Of a stretch of DNA of 64,000 nucleotides, positions 23,845-35,365 are shown in pieces. Each line of letters opens with the position of its first letter. Within the stretch, counting starts at the first letter, position 1. A program made the translations under genes and the position numbers. A model generated the notes under the pieces. It was not told the origin of the DNA. It saw only the letters and a program-made list of their open reading frames with translations, and ran no database searches. The DNA is taken from assembly GCA_964016885.1 (NCBI GenBank), contig OZ024741.1, forward strand, positions 90,334,001 to 90,398,000, given 5' to 3'. The DNA comes from Eledone cirrhosa. Lineage: Eukaryota.

Positions 23845-26800
23845 ATGGCCAATATAAGAGTTGGATGTGTGAACGTACGCGGCCTCGGGATGCCCTGGAA
23901 ACAGGGCAAACTCTTAAACGACCTCAGGTCGCACAGTATGGATGTGGTAGCCATTTGCGAGTCCAGGATCCACAGCGAGCGACAGCTGGCCCCCATCTTC
24001 GATGACTTTGAGAGCTACGCATCTCTCTGTCAACCGGGGGTGGGGGCGGAGTTGCCGTTTTGCTGCGGAAACACCTGGGCGTCGTAACACAGACGGTACA
24101 TCTGGACCCGGAGGGTCGACTGGTGGTCCTAGACGTTGACGGTAGTAAAGGTGGAGCCTTCAGGCTGGTGGCCGCATATGCCCCATCCGGGACACCGCGG
24201 CCAGACTTCTTCAAACGTCTAGAGACTTTTCTGGGAACATCTCGCTCCTTGCTTTTAGTGGGGGACTGGAATGGAATCCTAGATGCACGTTGGGACTATG
24301 TGGGAGCATGTCCCGATAAAGGGGGGTGTAACAGCCTCAAACAGTTAATCGACCGATTTGACCTGGCCGATAGATATCGACTAGATTTTCCGACTGCGTC
24401 ACTGTGGACGTGGAGTAATCGTAGCGGAACATCTAGATCGTACCTAGATAGGGTTCTAGTTAGAAATAAGGATAGGGACATGTTAAGCTGTCCACAAATG
24501 TTCATGGTTGCCTATTCAGATCACAAACTAGTGACCTGCATGGCCAACCTTGATAGAACCCATAGACAAGGACCCGGCTACTGGAAGCTGAACTTGTCGT
24601 TACCGACAAGAAAAGCCTACAGTAGACGGATTAGCACTTTAGTTAAACAGCACTTGACAGGGGCCATTGTCAACAACAGATGGTGGTACTCTCTCAAGAG
24701 GGCAGTTAGATTAGACTCGATAGTTTTTAGTAAAGAATTAGCGTTAGATAGAAATAGAACCGAGAAGGAACTGGTAGATAAAGTAGAAGAGGCAATTAGA
24801 AGTGGCAACGTAGCCAGCGTGCTAGCAACGAGAACGGCCTTGGACCAGTTCTTCGACGCAAAGCACGAGGGCTGCGTTGTCAGAAGCAAAATACGTGCTC
24901 TGGGAAACGAGGGAGCCAAAGCTGTTAGCTGGGCCCGAGTGACGGAGGCAAAAAGTGGCAACAAGTCCACGATTCGGTCTTTGAAGGACCAAAACGGACG
25001 CGTGACACGTGAGCCGAAGCAGATTTGTGCGGCTTTTCAGCGGCACTTTGCTCAACTGTTCGGGGGGGGGGGGGGGCGCCGTGAGAGGCTATGGATTTCG
25101 GTCCATACCTCGACGGCCTACCGCGACTCTCGGACAGCGAGGCAAAGTTCTGGGAAAAACCGATTTCAGCCACTGAGATAGGGGACGCGCTGAGCCAATG
25201 CGGCAAACGAAAATCTCCAGGTCTCGACGGTCTACCCTACGAATTTTACGTACCAATGCCGGACTTATTCTCCGGTCTCCTGGGAGCGGTCTACTGCAAC
25301 TGGCAACAGAACGGGAGAATTCCCAGTTCTGTAACCGGGGGCGTGGTCACACTAATCAGGAAGGACGAGAATAAGGGGGATGACGTAGGAAACTTCCGGC
25401 CCATAACTCTGCTAAACACAGAGTTACAGATTTTGGCCAAGGTGTTGGCAAAGAGGCTGGCGCTTGTTGTTGAGAACCTGGTGGGAGAAGCGCAGACATG
25501 CGGAATCCCGACCAGGTCCATACACGACAACCTCCACCTCATGCGATACATCATAGAGAGGGTAGGGTGTAAACCCGGCTTCGGTGGGGCCCTGATCAAC
25601 TTGGATCAGTCTAAGGCTTTCGATAGGGTTGACCATCGTTACCTGGATGCGGTGTTCGAGGCGGCAGGCTTCGGACCCCTGTTCAGGGGCTGGATTGCTG
25701 CAATGCACAACAGCAACATCTGCTCAAGGGTCAAGGTGAACGGCTACCTCTCGGAGCCGTTCCATATTACGCGATCCATTCGACAGGGATGCCCTCTCTC
25801 CTCCCTTCTGTACGTACTGACTCTCGAGCCACTACTGCGGAAGCTGGAGCTATTGCAGGGCATCCCTCTGGAACCGGGATTGCGGAAAGCGGCGTCGGCC
25901 TACGCCGACGACGTGACAGTAATGGTGTCGAGCGCCTCGCAAATCGAGGAAGTCGGCACCTTACTGAAGGAATACGAAAGTCTCACAGGAGCGAAGCTGA
26001 ACCAGGACAAGTCCATCGGTTTGCAACTCGGATCGTGGAGAGGCAAACCGATGCCTTCCGATGGCGTCGTCGGACGCTGGACGGAAGGACCGGTAAAGCT
26101 GCTCGGGGTCTGGTTTGGTCCGGACCTCCAGGTGGAGAAGAACTGGAACGAAGTGACGGCCAAGGTGTTTGCACTCACCCAGAAGTGGGCCGAGTGAAAA
26201 CTATCCTTGAAAGGTCGAGCAGACCCGGCGATCAGTGGAGACTCCACTTCGTCATTCTATAGAGGGTTGGTCCGCAGCAAGTGCGACGACGCGCTCGGTG
26301 AAACTCTAGGCGTAGAGGAAGATGAACTGGCCAGTCTGTTCGGTAGGACCTTCCGCCCGGGACCGATGGACAACTTCCAAAAGTCCCTGGCCTGGCAGTG
26401 CTACCGAAGAGCTCTACCAGTTCGAGACAAGCTCTACAGACATGGGCGCCCGGGCAGGGACCCTACAAAAAAGATCTGTCCGAGGTGTGTGCGAGACGAA
26501 GAAACCGTCGCGCACGCATTCATACAGTGCCCGGGCGTCACTGACCTGTGGGGCTATGTAGAACGACTATTGTCGCGGGTGGGACCAATCCGGTTGACCA
26601 CCGAGTCCATTGTCATGATCAAACCGCCACCCTCCTTCAAAAACGAAGGAGAGGCGGTTTTCCTTTGTGTGATAGCTATGGCGAAAGAGGTTGTATGGTG
26701 GACAAGGTTGAAAGGGCTGAGGTCAGACACCTTTCTCTCCGGCCAACAACTGATTCTTTTTTTTAAATACCACTTTGGAAGAAGAATCAGCAAGTTTTAT

Positions 26801-26866
26801 GAAAGGTGGGTGAAAGTGGCGAGAATGGCCCGAGTGAATGGGCCTTCTCTCTATATCAGCCTGTAG
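23845..26866 (+). pseudogene. Tx1-like ORF2 of copy 2 (APE-RT-zinc), frameshifted, with a deletion of about 390 bp after the RT
   Basis: GCVNVRGL, GDWN, SDHK, GPGYWKLN, YADD, CPRC...HAFIQC; fusion KGRA/DPAI near 26220 relative to copy 1. Confidence 0.9.
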
Positions 26867-27579
26867 GTTGAGGAAAAGGAGGAGGAGAGGAAGGGAGTAC
26901 AAACTCTTCGTACTCCTGGAGATGAGGGTTGCACATTTTTTCGGTGGTATGTGTTACCCATATAAACTGTCTCCCTCTATTGGGGAAAATCGACTAACTT
27001 TTTAAATTCCATTTGTGATAACATTTTACACGTGTTTATTGTATGTAAACTTCCCCCTTTGTATTTGTCCCCTTCTTTTGTGCCCCCTGTGGCTCATAAA
27101 GAAATATATCTATCTATCTATCTCCAACAGGGGGGCTCACACATGCGGCCCGCGAACTAATTATCTGTGGCCCGTGGTAGAACCAATATTTCATATCGCA
27201 TTATAACTGGTGACCCACCACCACGTTTGGCCCCCTGTGCCTCTCCTCCAGGACGTAATAGCCCTTTTGTGTCCTTGAGTTTGAGAGCCCCCTTCTACAC
27301 ACACACATACGGACATATTTTACTTTTTTTTCTTCTGTCTCTGGACTACGCCATGCTGGAGCATCACCTTGGTATGTTATGGGGACGTCAACAAACCAAC
27401 AAGCATTGGTGTGAGGGCAAACACAAACGCAAAGACACACACAGACATATATACATATATACGACGGGCTTCTTTTAATTTCGATTTATCAAATCCACTC
27501 GCAGGGCTTTGGTCGGCTCGGGTAGTAGGACTGAACCCGGAAATATGTGGTTGGGAAACAAGCTTCTTGTCACACTGCA

Positions 27580-27727
<148 letters not shown>

Positions 27728-28060
27728 ACCTTACACACTTAAATATAAATGCATGTATATATAAAATGTATAAATGCATAGCTATATACATACGTAAATG
27801 TATGTATGTATATATGTATGTATGTAGATTTATATATATGTATGTATGTAGATTTATATATATATGTATGTATGTATATTTATATATATATGTAGGTATG
27901 GATATTTATATATATATGTATGTATGTATATTTATTTATGTATGTATGTATATTTATATATATATGTATGTATATTTATATATATGTATGTATCTTTATA
28001 TATATACATACATATATATATATATATATGTATATTTATATATATATATATATGTATGTA

Positions 28061-28132
<72 letters not shown>

Positions 28133-28134
28133 AT

Positions 28135-28742
28135 GTCAGGTCACCAGTTGGTGCTACTGGTAACATGTATCCCAGTACAACCTGTCCCATGGTCGGGTCG
28201 TTGGCGACTAAACTGGCAACCCCACCAAGGTTTCTTGGTGAGGAGGGTGACTTTGGACATCCTGCAGGACTAAAAACAAAACCTGTCAAAGGGCAAAGGA
28301 GCTCTTAAGAGTCAATGGCCATCCAAAATCACCGGGAGAGATGACCCCTTAGCCTTTGTCAAGGCAGAATTCTAGGAGAAGGAAAACTCTGATATAACAC
28401 CTGCAACCCTGATGGTATCCAATGATGTTGACTTGTTCTTCTTTTTGGTAAATATCATCTTGGTTAAGAGAGTGGGACTGGCTTTGTGCAGTGCCTTTGC
28501 TCACTATAAAAGCTTCACGGCACAGGCATTGCTTTATATCTGGAGATCTCTCTGCACTTGTCCTCACATGGTACCATGGGCCCAGCACTATGTGTCAATA
28601 ATTGTCACAAGTGTAGTGTTTGTACCAGAGGTTTCAAGTCGCTGGCTGGACAAAAAGTCACACTCGTTCAGCGCTTCGGTAGGGGTTCTCCTACATGGAT
28701 ATAAAGTAGTGGCCGTACTCGAAAACGAGTTGGCAGCCACCA
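28135..28742 (+). mobile_element. Non-autonomous retroelement of about 600 bp (possibly RTE-related) in TA/TATG repeats
   Basis: Homologous to 49417-49893 (+) and about 42565-42710 (-); shared head GCTACTGG.AACATGTA; 3' terminal hairpin. Confidence 0.65.
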
Positions 28743-28752
28743 TATATATATG

Positions 28753-28864
<112 letters not shown>

Positions 28865-29052
28865 TATATAAATCTACACACATATATATATATATATATA
28901 TAAAGATACATACATATATATAAATATACATACATATTTATATAAATATACATACATACATATATAAACTTTAATCTGTTATTTTAATAAATATATATAT
29001 ATATATATATACGATATTAAACAAATGGAAACTACATTTATAAAACCATATT

Positions 29053-29118
29053 TATTTCATTATATATATTTCAGGGATATCATATTAAAAATATGGTATG
29101 CCCTCTTCAGACAAAATA
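29053..29118 (-). ncRNA. Type I hammerhead ribozyme motif in the 3' pseudo-LTR of the Penelope-like element
   Basis: Minus strand reads UAUUUUGU-CUGAAGA-GGG..CAUAUU uuu AAUAUG..CCC(U)-GAAA-UAUAUA-UA|AUGAAAUA: 8-bp stem I with 2 G-U pairs, palindromic stem III, one extra U before GAAA. Confidence 0.65.
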
Positions 29119-29731
29119 CAATATATAAACAGTTTTATAAATAAATAAATTTGACATACCTTAAAATTTTACAACTTCCATTTAAAAAGTTGTTATGGTA
29201 GTGAAAATGTTAAGGACAGTTAGAGACGGAGAAAAAAAAAGAAAGAAAGTGTATAGTGCTAAGGACAGTTAGAGAGGAAGCTGAAGAGGATGAAGAAATG
29301 TATGTAAAGAAAAAAACCACAGAGCGAGATAGAGAGAGAGAGATATGGGAGAGAGAAATATTGAGGAGGTGAAAATTTATTTATTTATTTATTTATTTAG
29401 TTATAGTGTTAAGGATAAATAAATAAATAAATAAATAAATTTTCACCTCAATATTTCTCTCTCCCATATCTCTCTCTCTCTATCTCGCTCATACTTCTTT
29501 CGTCACACACTCTGTGACCTCTTCAGTGACTGGGGATTCCTTTCTTTGTTTCTGTGCCTCTCCTTTGTTCTGTCCTACGCCATTTTGTTTCTGTGTGTGT
29601 GTTGTGTGCTCAGTCTGCGCATGCGCCACATCCGGGTGTCTGTGTGTGTTTATGTTCATTTATTTATTTGTTTATTTACATGTTACTGGTTGGTTGTTTG
29701 TTCTATGTGTGTGTGTGTTTTCATTTTGTCC

Positions 29732-31690
29732 TTAATTGTAAGTTGTGATGTTGCTGTTCCACTCATATTTTCTATTTAATTTTGGTTGTAATTCTTTTAT
29801 GTTTATTGCCTCTGTGATTTGTCTAAACATTGCGTCTTTTCTGTGTGTAGATTCTATTTTTATTTCTATGTTCTCTAATTTACCCTTGTGTTCTATTTTA
29901 GAATGTTGGTAGAGTACAGATGATTCTTTACTGTCTTGAAGGTCTCGCCAGTGTTCATTTATCCGTTCCCCTACACTACGAGCTGTCTCACCTATGTACA
30001 TTATATTTTTGTCTCTACATTGTCCTTCAGTACATCTTATGCTATACACTACATTTCTAGTTTTACAGTTAATATGGGGGCTTATTTTACAGGTTATACA
30101 TTTCTTATCTATACATGAGGGTCTTTGAAAAGGGTATGTCTCGCTAATAAGTGTTTTTACGGAAGTACCTGGTCTTTCTACTATCTTAATATTGAGTTTA
30201 TGTTTATTTAGGGCCCTTCTAAATTTGTAAGCTAATTCACCTCTAGGGGTTGTATCGATGAACATTACACTCTGGTATTTATTGCTATCATACCATGAGT
30301 TTATTCTATTAGCCTTCTTCCAAGTTCTTTCTATTCTATTCCAAAATTTGCTCCTATACAAGGGGCAGGTCCCATTTATGTCATTATTTACCATTTTTTC
30401 CCATTTGGTTCTGGCTCCTCTATACACTCTGATTCTATCTCTCTGATTGTAGCCAGAGAACTGCATACGGTGGATGAAGTGTTGTATGTGTCTCTCTAGT
30501 TCTTCGGGGTTGCACATGCGGGACACGTTTCTCATCACCCGTACCAAATCCGCAATCAGTATGTTGATTTTGGTATGGTCCGAAACGGCCGAGTTTCGGT
30601 GGATCAGATGTTTGGAAGTCATGGGTTTGGCATGGGTTTGTTTTTTGTTATTAATGGTATCTAACCAGAGCTCTGTGTCTAGTACAGGTAATCGATGGTT
30701 GGGGTGTTTACTTGGGTAGTCTATAGTAACTATAATGCTCTGGTGGATGGAGTTAGCTATTTGCTGGATGCTTTCCATTGTGCTTTACTCTAATTCCTGA
30801 CTGTTCTCTAGTGGGGGTGTCTTAACTACGATGTTTATATCATCAACGTAGCGGGAGTACATTATCAGGGTTAAGGGGTCTTCTAATTGTTCTTTAAGTT
30901 TAAGTTTAAGTCTACTGTCCCACCATACCATGAATAAGTTAGCTATGTCGCCTGCAATGCTAACACCAATGGCTGCTCCTTCCTCTTGGGCATATGTTTT
31001 TCCATTAAATTTGAACATATGATCCTTAACGGTTAGTTTTATGCTGGCCCCTACCGCATGTGCAATCATTTTCTTCAGTTCATCGTGGTTTTCGGGTGTC
31101 CGTATGGCTCTGGTCCACCCGTTCCATCTATCTGTGTGGGTTTTCTTGGCCATTGAGGTAATGGTAGGTGGTCTGCCTCTTGCTGGTCTTGTAGGGCACA
31201 GGTTGCTAAGGTCATATGTGTCTAGGTAATTATTACTATAGGTAAGTTTAAGTAGGAGTCCCAGCTCACTGGTATCAATCCCACGGAACTCAACATTGCT
31301 CTCACTGATCATTTCTACGCATTTCTCCACAGCAAAATCCACGTCAATAGATGGATACAGGGACACAACATCCATACTACCTATTATGCAGTTTGTTAGG
31401 TCCCTAGATCGGTTACTCACGCCGATTCTGCTGAGGAGGTCCTCCGTGCTGTCACGTACATCTGGGGACATTTCAATGATGGGGCGTATGATCAGGGAGA
31501 GAAAGTAGGACAGTCTGTAGTTACTAGCAATGTTAGCTCCACAGACTGGCCGTGTTGGTGGTCCCGCGACAGGGTCACTGCCCGTTTTATGGTCTTTTCG
31601 AAGCCCATACAACGCCGGCACATCATTGTTCCAGGCCTGGAAGTTGTTGGCAGTCCTTTTGTTGGGCTTCATTATATTCGTCCACATCAC
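29732..31690 (-). pseudogene. PLE RT-GIY-YIG ORF with a single in-frame TAA at 30785-30787
   Basis: ORFs 30785-31753 and 29732-30778 are in the same frame, separated by a stop and two codons; the N-terminus is lost at the inversion junction near 31691. Confidence 0.88.
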
Positions 31691-32046
31691 CATAAAACTC
31701 AATATTAAGATAGTAGAAAGACCAGGTACCTCCGTAAAAACACTTATTAGCAAGACATACCCTTTTCAAAGACCCTCATGTATATATAGGAAATGTATAA
31801 CCTGTAAAATAAGCCCCCATATTAACTGTAAAACTAGAAATGTAGTGTATAGCATAAGATGTACTGAAGGACAATGTAGAGACAAAAATATAATGTACAT
31901 AGGTGAGACAGCTCGTAGTGTAGGGGAACGGATAAATGAACACTGGCGAGACCTTCAAGATAGTAAAGAATCATCTGTACTCTACCAACATGCTAAAATA
32001 GAACACAAGGGTAAATTAGAGAACATAGAAATAAAAATAGAATCTA
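31691..32046 (+). mobile_element. Inverted duplicate of the PLE GIY-YIG segment
   Basis: Nearly identical reverse complement of about 29848-30203, with a CATAAA microhomology at the junction. Confidence 0.92.
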
Positions 32047-32837
32047 AACAATTAAGTTAAAGTGTACATCTACATATGTATACGGAAGTACTAGTATGCA
32101 TATAAATACACACATGTATACATATGTACATGTACCGAGTCCAATATTCCTGTCTGGCTCTCTGGAGAATAGAGGAAGTGTGTTTCCTTGAAAACTCGTA
32201 TGACTTTAAAACCCGGTTCGTCTGTTTGTTTACATACAGACTAGCTGGACACTCACTGTAAAGTGTCTAGTGAAAAACTCGGTACATGTACATATGTATA
32301 CATGTGTGTATTTATATGCATACTAGTACTTCCGTATACATATGTAGATGTACACTTTAACTTAATTGTTTAAGCGTCAGTCATACAAAAATGAGTTAGA
32401 AGCGAAACGAAATTTAATTTCGTTTCGTTATTTGTTTTTATCGTTTCCGCTGAACCGGCGCGTATAATGACTCACGTTCTATGCAAATTAGTCTGCCCAC
32501 TACTGATTTTCATAGAAAAAGCATATAACGATATGTGCTTTTACAATTCTCCAGAGAAGCCGGAAGATAGGTATATATTGCTGATGAGATGTAATAACAT
32601 CGAAACTAGTCCAATATTCCTGTCTGGCTCTCTGGAGAATAGAGGAAGTGTGTTTCCTTGAAAACTCGTATGACTTTAAAACCCGGTTCGTCTGTTTGTT
32701 TACATACAGACTAGCTGGACACTCACTGTAAAGTGTCTAGTGAAAAACTCGGTACATGTACATATGTATACATGTGTGTATTTATATGCATACTAGTACT
32801 TCCGTATACATATGTAGATGTACACTTTAACTTAATT

Positions 32838-32840
<3 letters not shown>
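32047..32840 (+). mobile_element. Non-coding hammerhead tandem unit (470-bp period; candidate retrozyme or mini-PLE) preceded by a short inverted piece
   Basis: 32138-32370 equals 32608-32840 (period 470); 32047-32140 is the reverse complement of about 32277-32370; ends in (TA)n. Confidence 0.85.
32548..32639 (+). ncRNA. Type I hammerhead ribozyme with an intact core and extended stem I
   Basis: AUAUUG-CUGAUGA(32581-87)-GAUGU aaua ACAUC-GAAAC UA GUC|CAAUAU. Stem I extends to UUCUCCAGAGA/UCUCUGGAGAA. Predicted cleavage after C32611. Confidence 0.88.
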
Positions 32841-32914
<74 letters not shown>

Positions 32915-34692
32915 CATACATACATATATACATACATATATACATACATTTATATTTAAGTGTGTAAGGATGTTGATATGATCTATGTCTTCTTTTTTTG
33001 GTAAGGAGAAAATTTTTGTCGCCAGATTTTATTACCTAGGGAGGTTAAATACCACACTTCTGGCTGAAAACTGACCAGGTTCTCAACTTCATCAAACACT
33101 AACGCCGGCCTCTGTGTGTATATATGTGTGTGTGTGTATGTATGTGTATATATGTGTGTGTGTATGTTCACCACCATTGCTCCTTCTTGTCATTTCTGTT
33201 GAAGGAGTCCTTACTTTCATTACCTTTGATTTCTTTTGATTTTCTTTTATCTCCCTAGGGAATTCGTTGACAAGCTTCTTTTATTTATTTTCTTCGTTTT
33301 CTTCATTCAAATCACTGACTGTCTAAGAGACGTACAAATATGACTTATCAAACTTACCAAACTAAAGGGGCTTCTAGCGCCCTCAAAGTTTCAAACGCCC
33401 CCTTACTGCATAACAACGCCACCTCACAGCATAACGCCCCCCCCCCCAGCAACCCCCCAGCGGGGGGGGGGGTGTATGCCCCCCGTTGAGAACCTTTATG
33501 CTAGACGGTGCTAGCCGTCAGCCTTTCATGGCTGGGCTTTCAGAATTAAACACACCTTTTGTCATCTCTCTCTCTCTCTCACACACACACATGTCTAGGG
33601 AAAAGAAAAACAAGTTGCAAGGGAGACAACTGTGATGAAGGAATGAGACATATCTTTGGCTAGAGACGAGAGAGAGCAAATAGTTTCTTGCCACCCCAAT
33701 CTAAAAATTAGAATGATCTGTTACTTGAACAGGTCTACGGTACTTTAAGAGATATGCTAATGATTAAAGCGGTTCATCTGTTGTCAATGTTATGTGCATT
33801 GACAAGTAACACATAAAAACGACCGAAAAAAATATAAGATCGAAATATGATCGAAAGAACGATAGATAATTAAAATATTCAATAGTACCATAGTCTTGAG
33901 GTGGCAAATTGGCAGAGCTGTTAGAACTTTGGATAGAATGTTATGTGGTATTCGTTCCAGCTCTCTGTGTTCTGAGATCTACACCAAGGACCACTTTTCC
34001 TTTCATTCTTTCGAAGTCGATGAAAAAATGTACCAGTCCAGTACTGGAGTGGATTCTTTATTTATATATCTTTCTCACTTTTCGATAACAGCCAGGTAGA
34101 AATCGGCTGTGTTTAGACCAGGTAAGGCGATGAACTCCACCAGGTTTAAAGGGCCCAAGAATGGTGCTACTACGACTCCACCAGAAGTTACGGGTCCATA
34201 CATACATTGGTATTTACCACTGTATTAACTGCCAATATTGTTTAACCCTAGGTCAACTCTGATAAAATTATATATCAAGGACTACATTATTTAATATGTA
34301 TTTCGTTTCGCGAAGAAGATAGGGCGTGATATAAGGGATAAATGGCTCTGATTTCTGTACGGTATGTGAATCGTGAGGTTTTTTTCGTTGGTTTGTTTAC
34401 TATGACCTATCTGAATATTTATGATCCAACCCAAATTATCAGGGTCACATTTCTGCAAAGAATAAATGTGATGAAATCAACACCAGTATTTCACGAGGCT
34501 CTAATATACTCAGTTGAAAACAAGTACCAGCAGCAGCACATGGGAGTTTAACACTTCAATGGATAGGTGTCCTGTCTAGAGAGGAGTCATGTACTCAGTC
34601 GCTTAACGCCAAGGGGACCGGGATAAGCACAGGCTTAATGAACTTCCGGGTTTGAAACGGACTCTAGAGTATTTCATTGACATTATCTTATC

Positions 34693-35166
34693 CTGTAAAT
34701 TGGCAAGGGGTGGTGGATTGGCAGTATCGGTAGAGGGTCGGACGCCATGCTGTCCAGCATAGTTACGTCCCTTTACGATCTGAGTTCAAATCCCGCCGAG
34801 GTTGACTTTGCCTTTCATCCTTACGGGGTCGATAAAATAAAGTACCAGTAATGCACTGGGTAATTGCTGGCCTTGTGCCTAAAGTAGAAACAATTATCTT
34901 ATCCTGTAAATTGAAGCTGGAAAACTGGGAGAGGGCACTTGCCCTGGTGGTCAGGGTCACCGTGGCTTTTTTAATGGGCTTTCTCCACGATGGCCCTCGG
35001 AAGTCTCCCCCCTATTGGGGAATTGTTCATTGTTCTTTTTTTGTTACAGCCTCTGTTTTTTTTGGGTTTTTTTACACGCAGAAATACCCATTTATACCGT
35101 CCTGTATTGTTCTGTATTGTACTTAATGTCTCACTTTGTCTAAACCCTTGTGGTTAATAAAGAAAG
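34693..35166 (+). mobile_element. 3'-UTR-only insertion of a Tx1-like LINE, interrupted by a SINE
   Basis: Homology to Tx1 3' UTRs (CCCCCTATTGGGGA, TTTTACACG, TGTGGTTAATAAAGAAA); TSD CATTATCTTATC at 34681-34692 and 35167-35178. Confidence 0.65.
34703..34892 (+). mobile_element. Young Meta-domain-like SINE with a 21-bp TSD
   Basis: ATTATCTTATCCTGTAAATTG at 34682-34702 and 34893-34913. Confidence 0.92.
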
Positions 35167-35181
35167 CATTATCTTATCGAT

Positions 35182-35365
35182 CCGGGGATTGGCTGTATCG
35201 GTAGAGGGTCGGACACCATGCTTTGCAGCAAAGAGTTACGGCCCTTTATGGTTTGAGTTCAAATCCCGCCGAGGTTAACTTTGCCTTTCATCCTCACGGT
35301 GTCGATAAAATAAAGTACCAGTAATGTACTGGATAATTGCTGGCCTTGTGCCAAAAGTAGAAACA
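35182..35365 (+). mobile_element. Meta-domain-like SINE with a 14-bp TSD
   Basis: ATTATCTTATCGAT at 35168-35181 and 35366-35379. Confidence 0.9.

Larger units (their letters stand above)
21815..27104 (+). mobile_element. Near full-length Tx1-like LINE, copy 2 (a different subfamily, with internal deletions)
   Basis: Same architecture as copy 1 with clearly diverged sequence; ends CATAAAGAAA followed by TATATCTATCTATC. Confidence 0.92.
29010..31690 (-). mobile_element. 5'-truncated Penelope-like element (RT + GIY-YIG; Cys-rich linker as in Neptune/Nematis-type PLEs)
   Basis: LYGLRKDHK, PTRPVC, MDVVSLYPSI, YSRYVDD, C..C..C linker, VYSIRC...YIGET.RSVGERINEH, R.ITEAI.I....P.LN; the 3' end runs into (TA)n. 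Confidence 0.9.

Noticed and set aside
27128-27237. Possible tiny Charlie-type MITE (CAGGGGGGCTCACA...GCGGCCCGCG / TTTGGCCCCCTG)
   Set aside because: The termini are only loosely inverted and there is no 8-bp TSD.
28135-28230. HDV-like ribozyme at the head of the non-autonomous element
   Set aside because: A P4-like hairpin and CUAA are present, but I could not build a consistent P1/P3/L3/P1.1 double pseudoknot by eye.
29485-29535. Second hammerhead-like motif (minus strand CUGAAGA-G-GUCACA...UGUGAC-GAAA) in the PLE 3' UTR
   Set aside because: There is an extra base before stem II, no stem III pairing, only a 3-bp stem I, and an inversion junction next to it.
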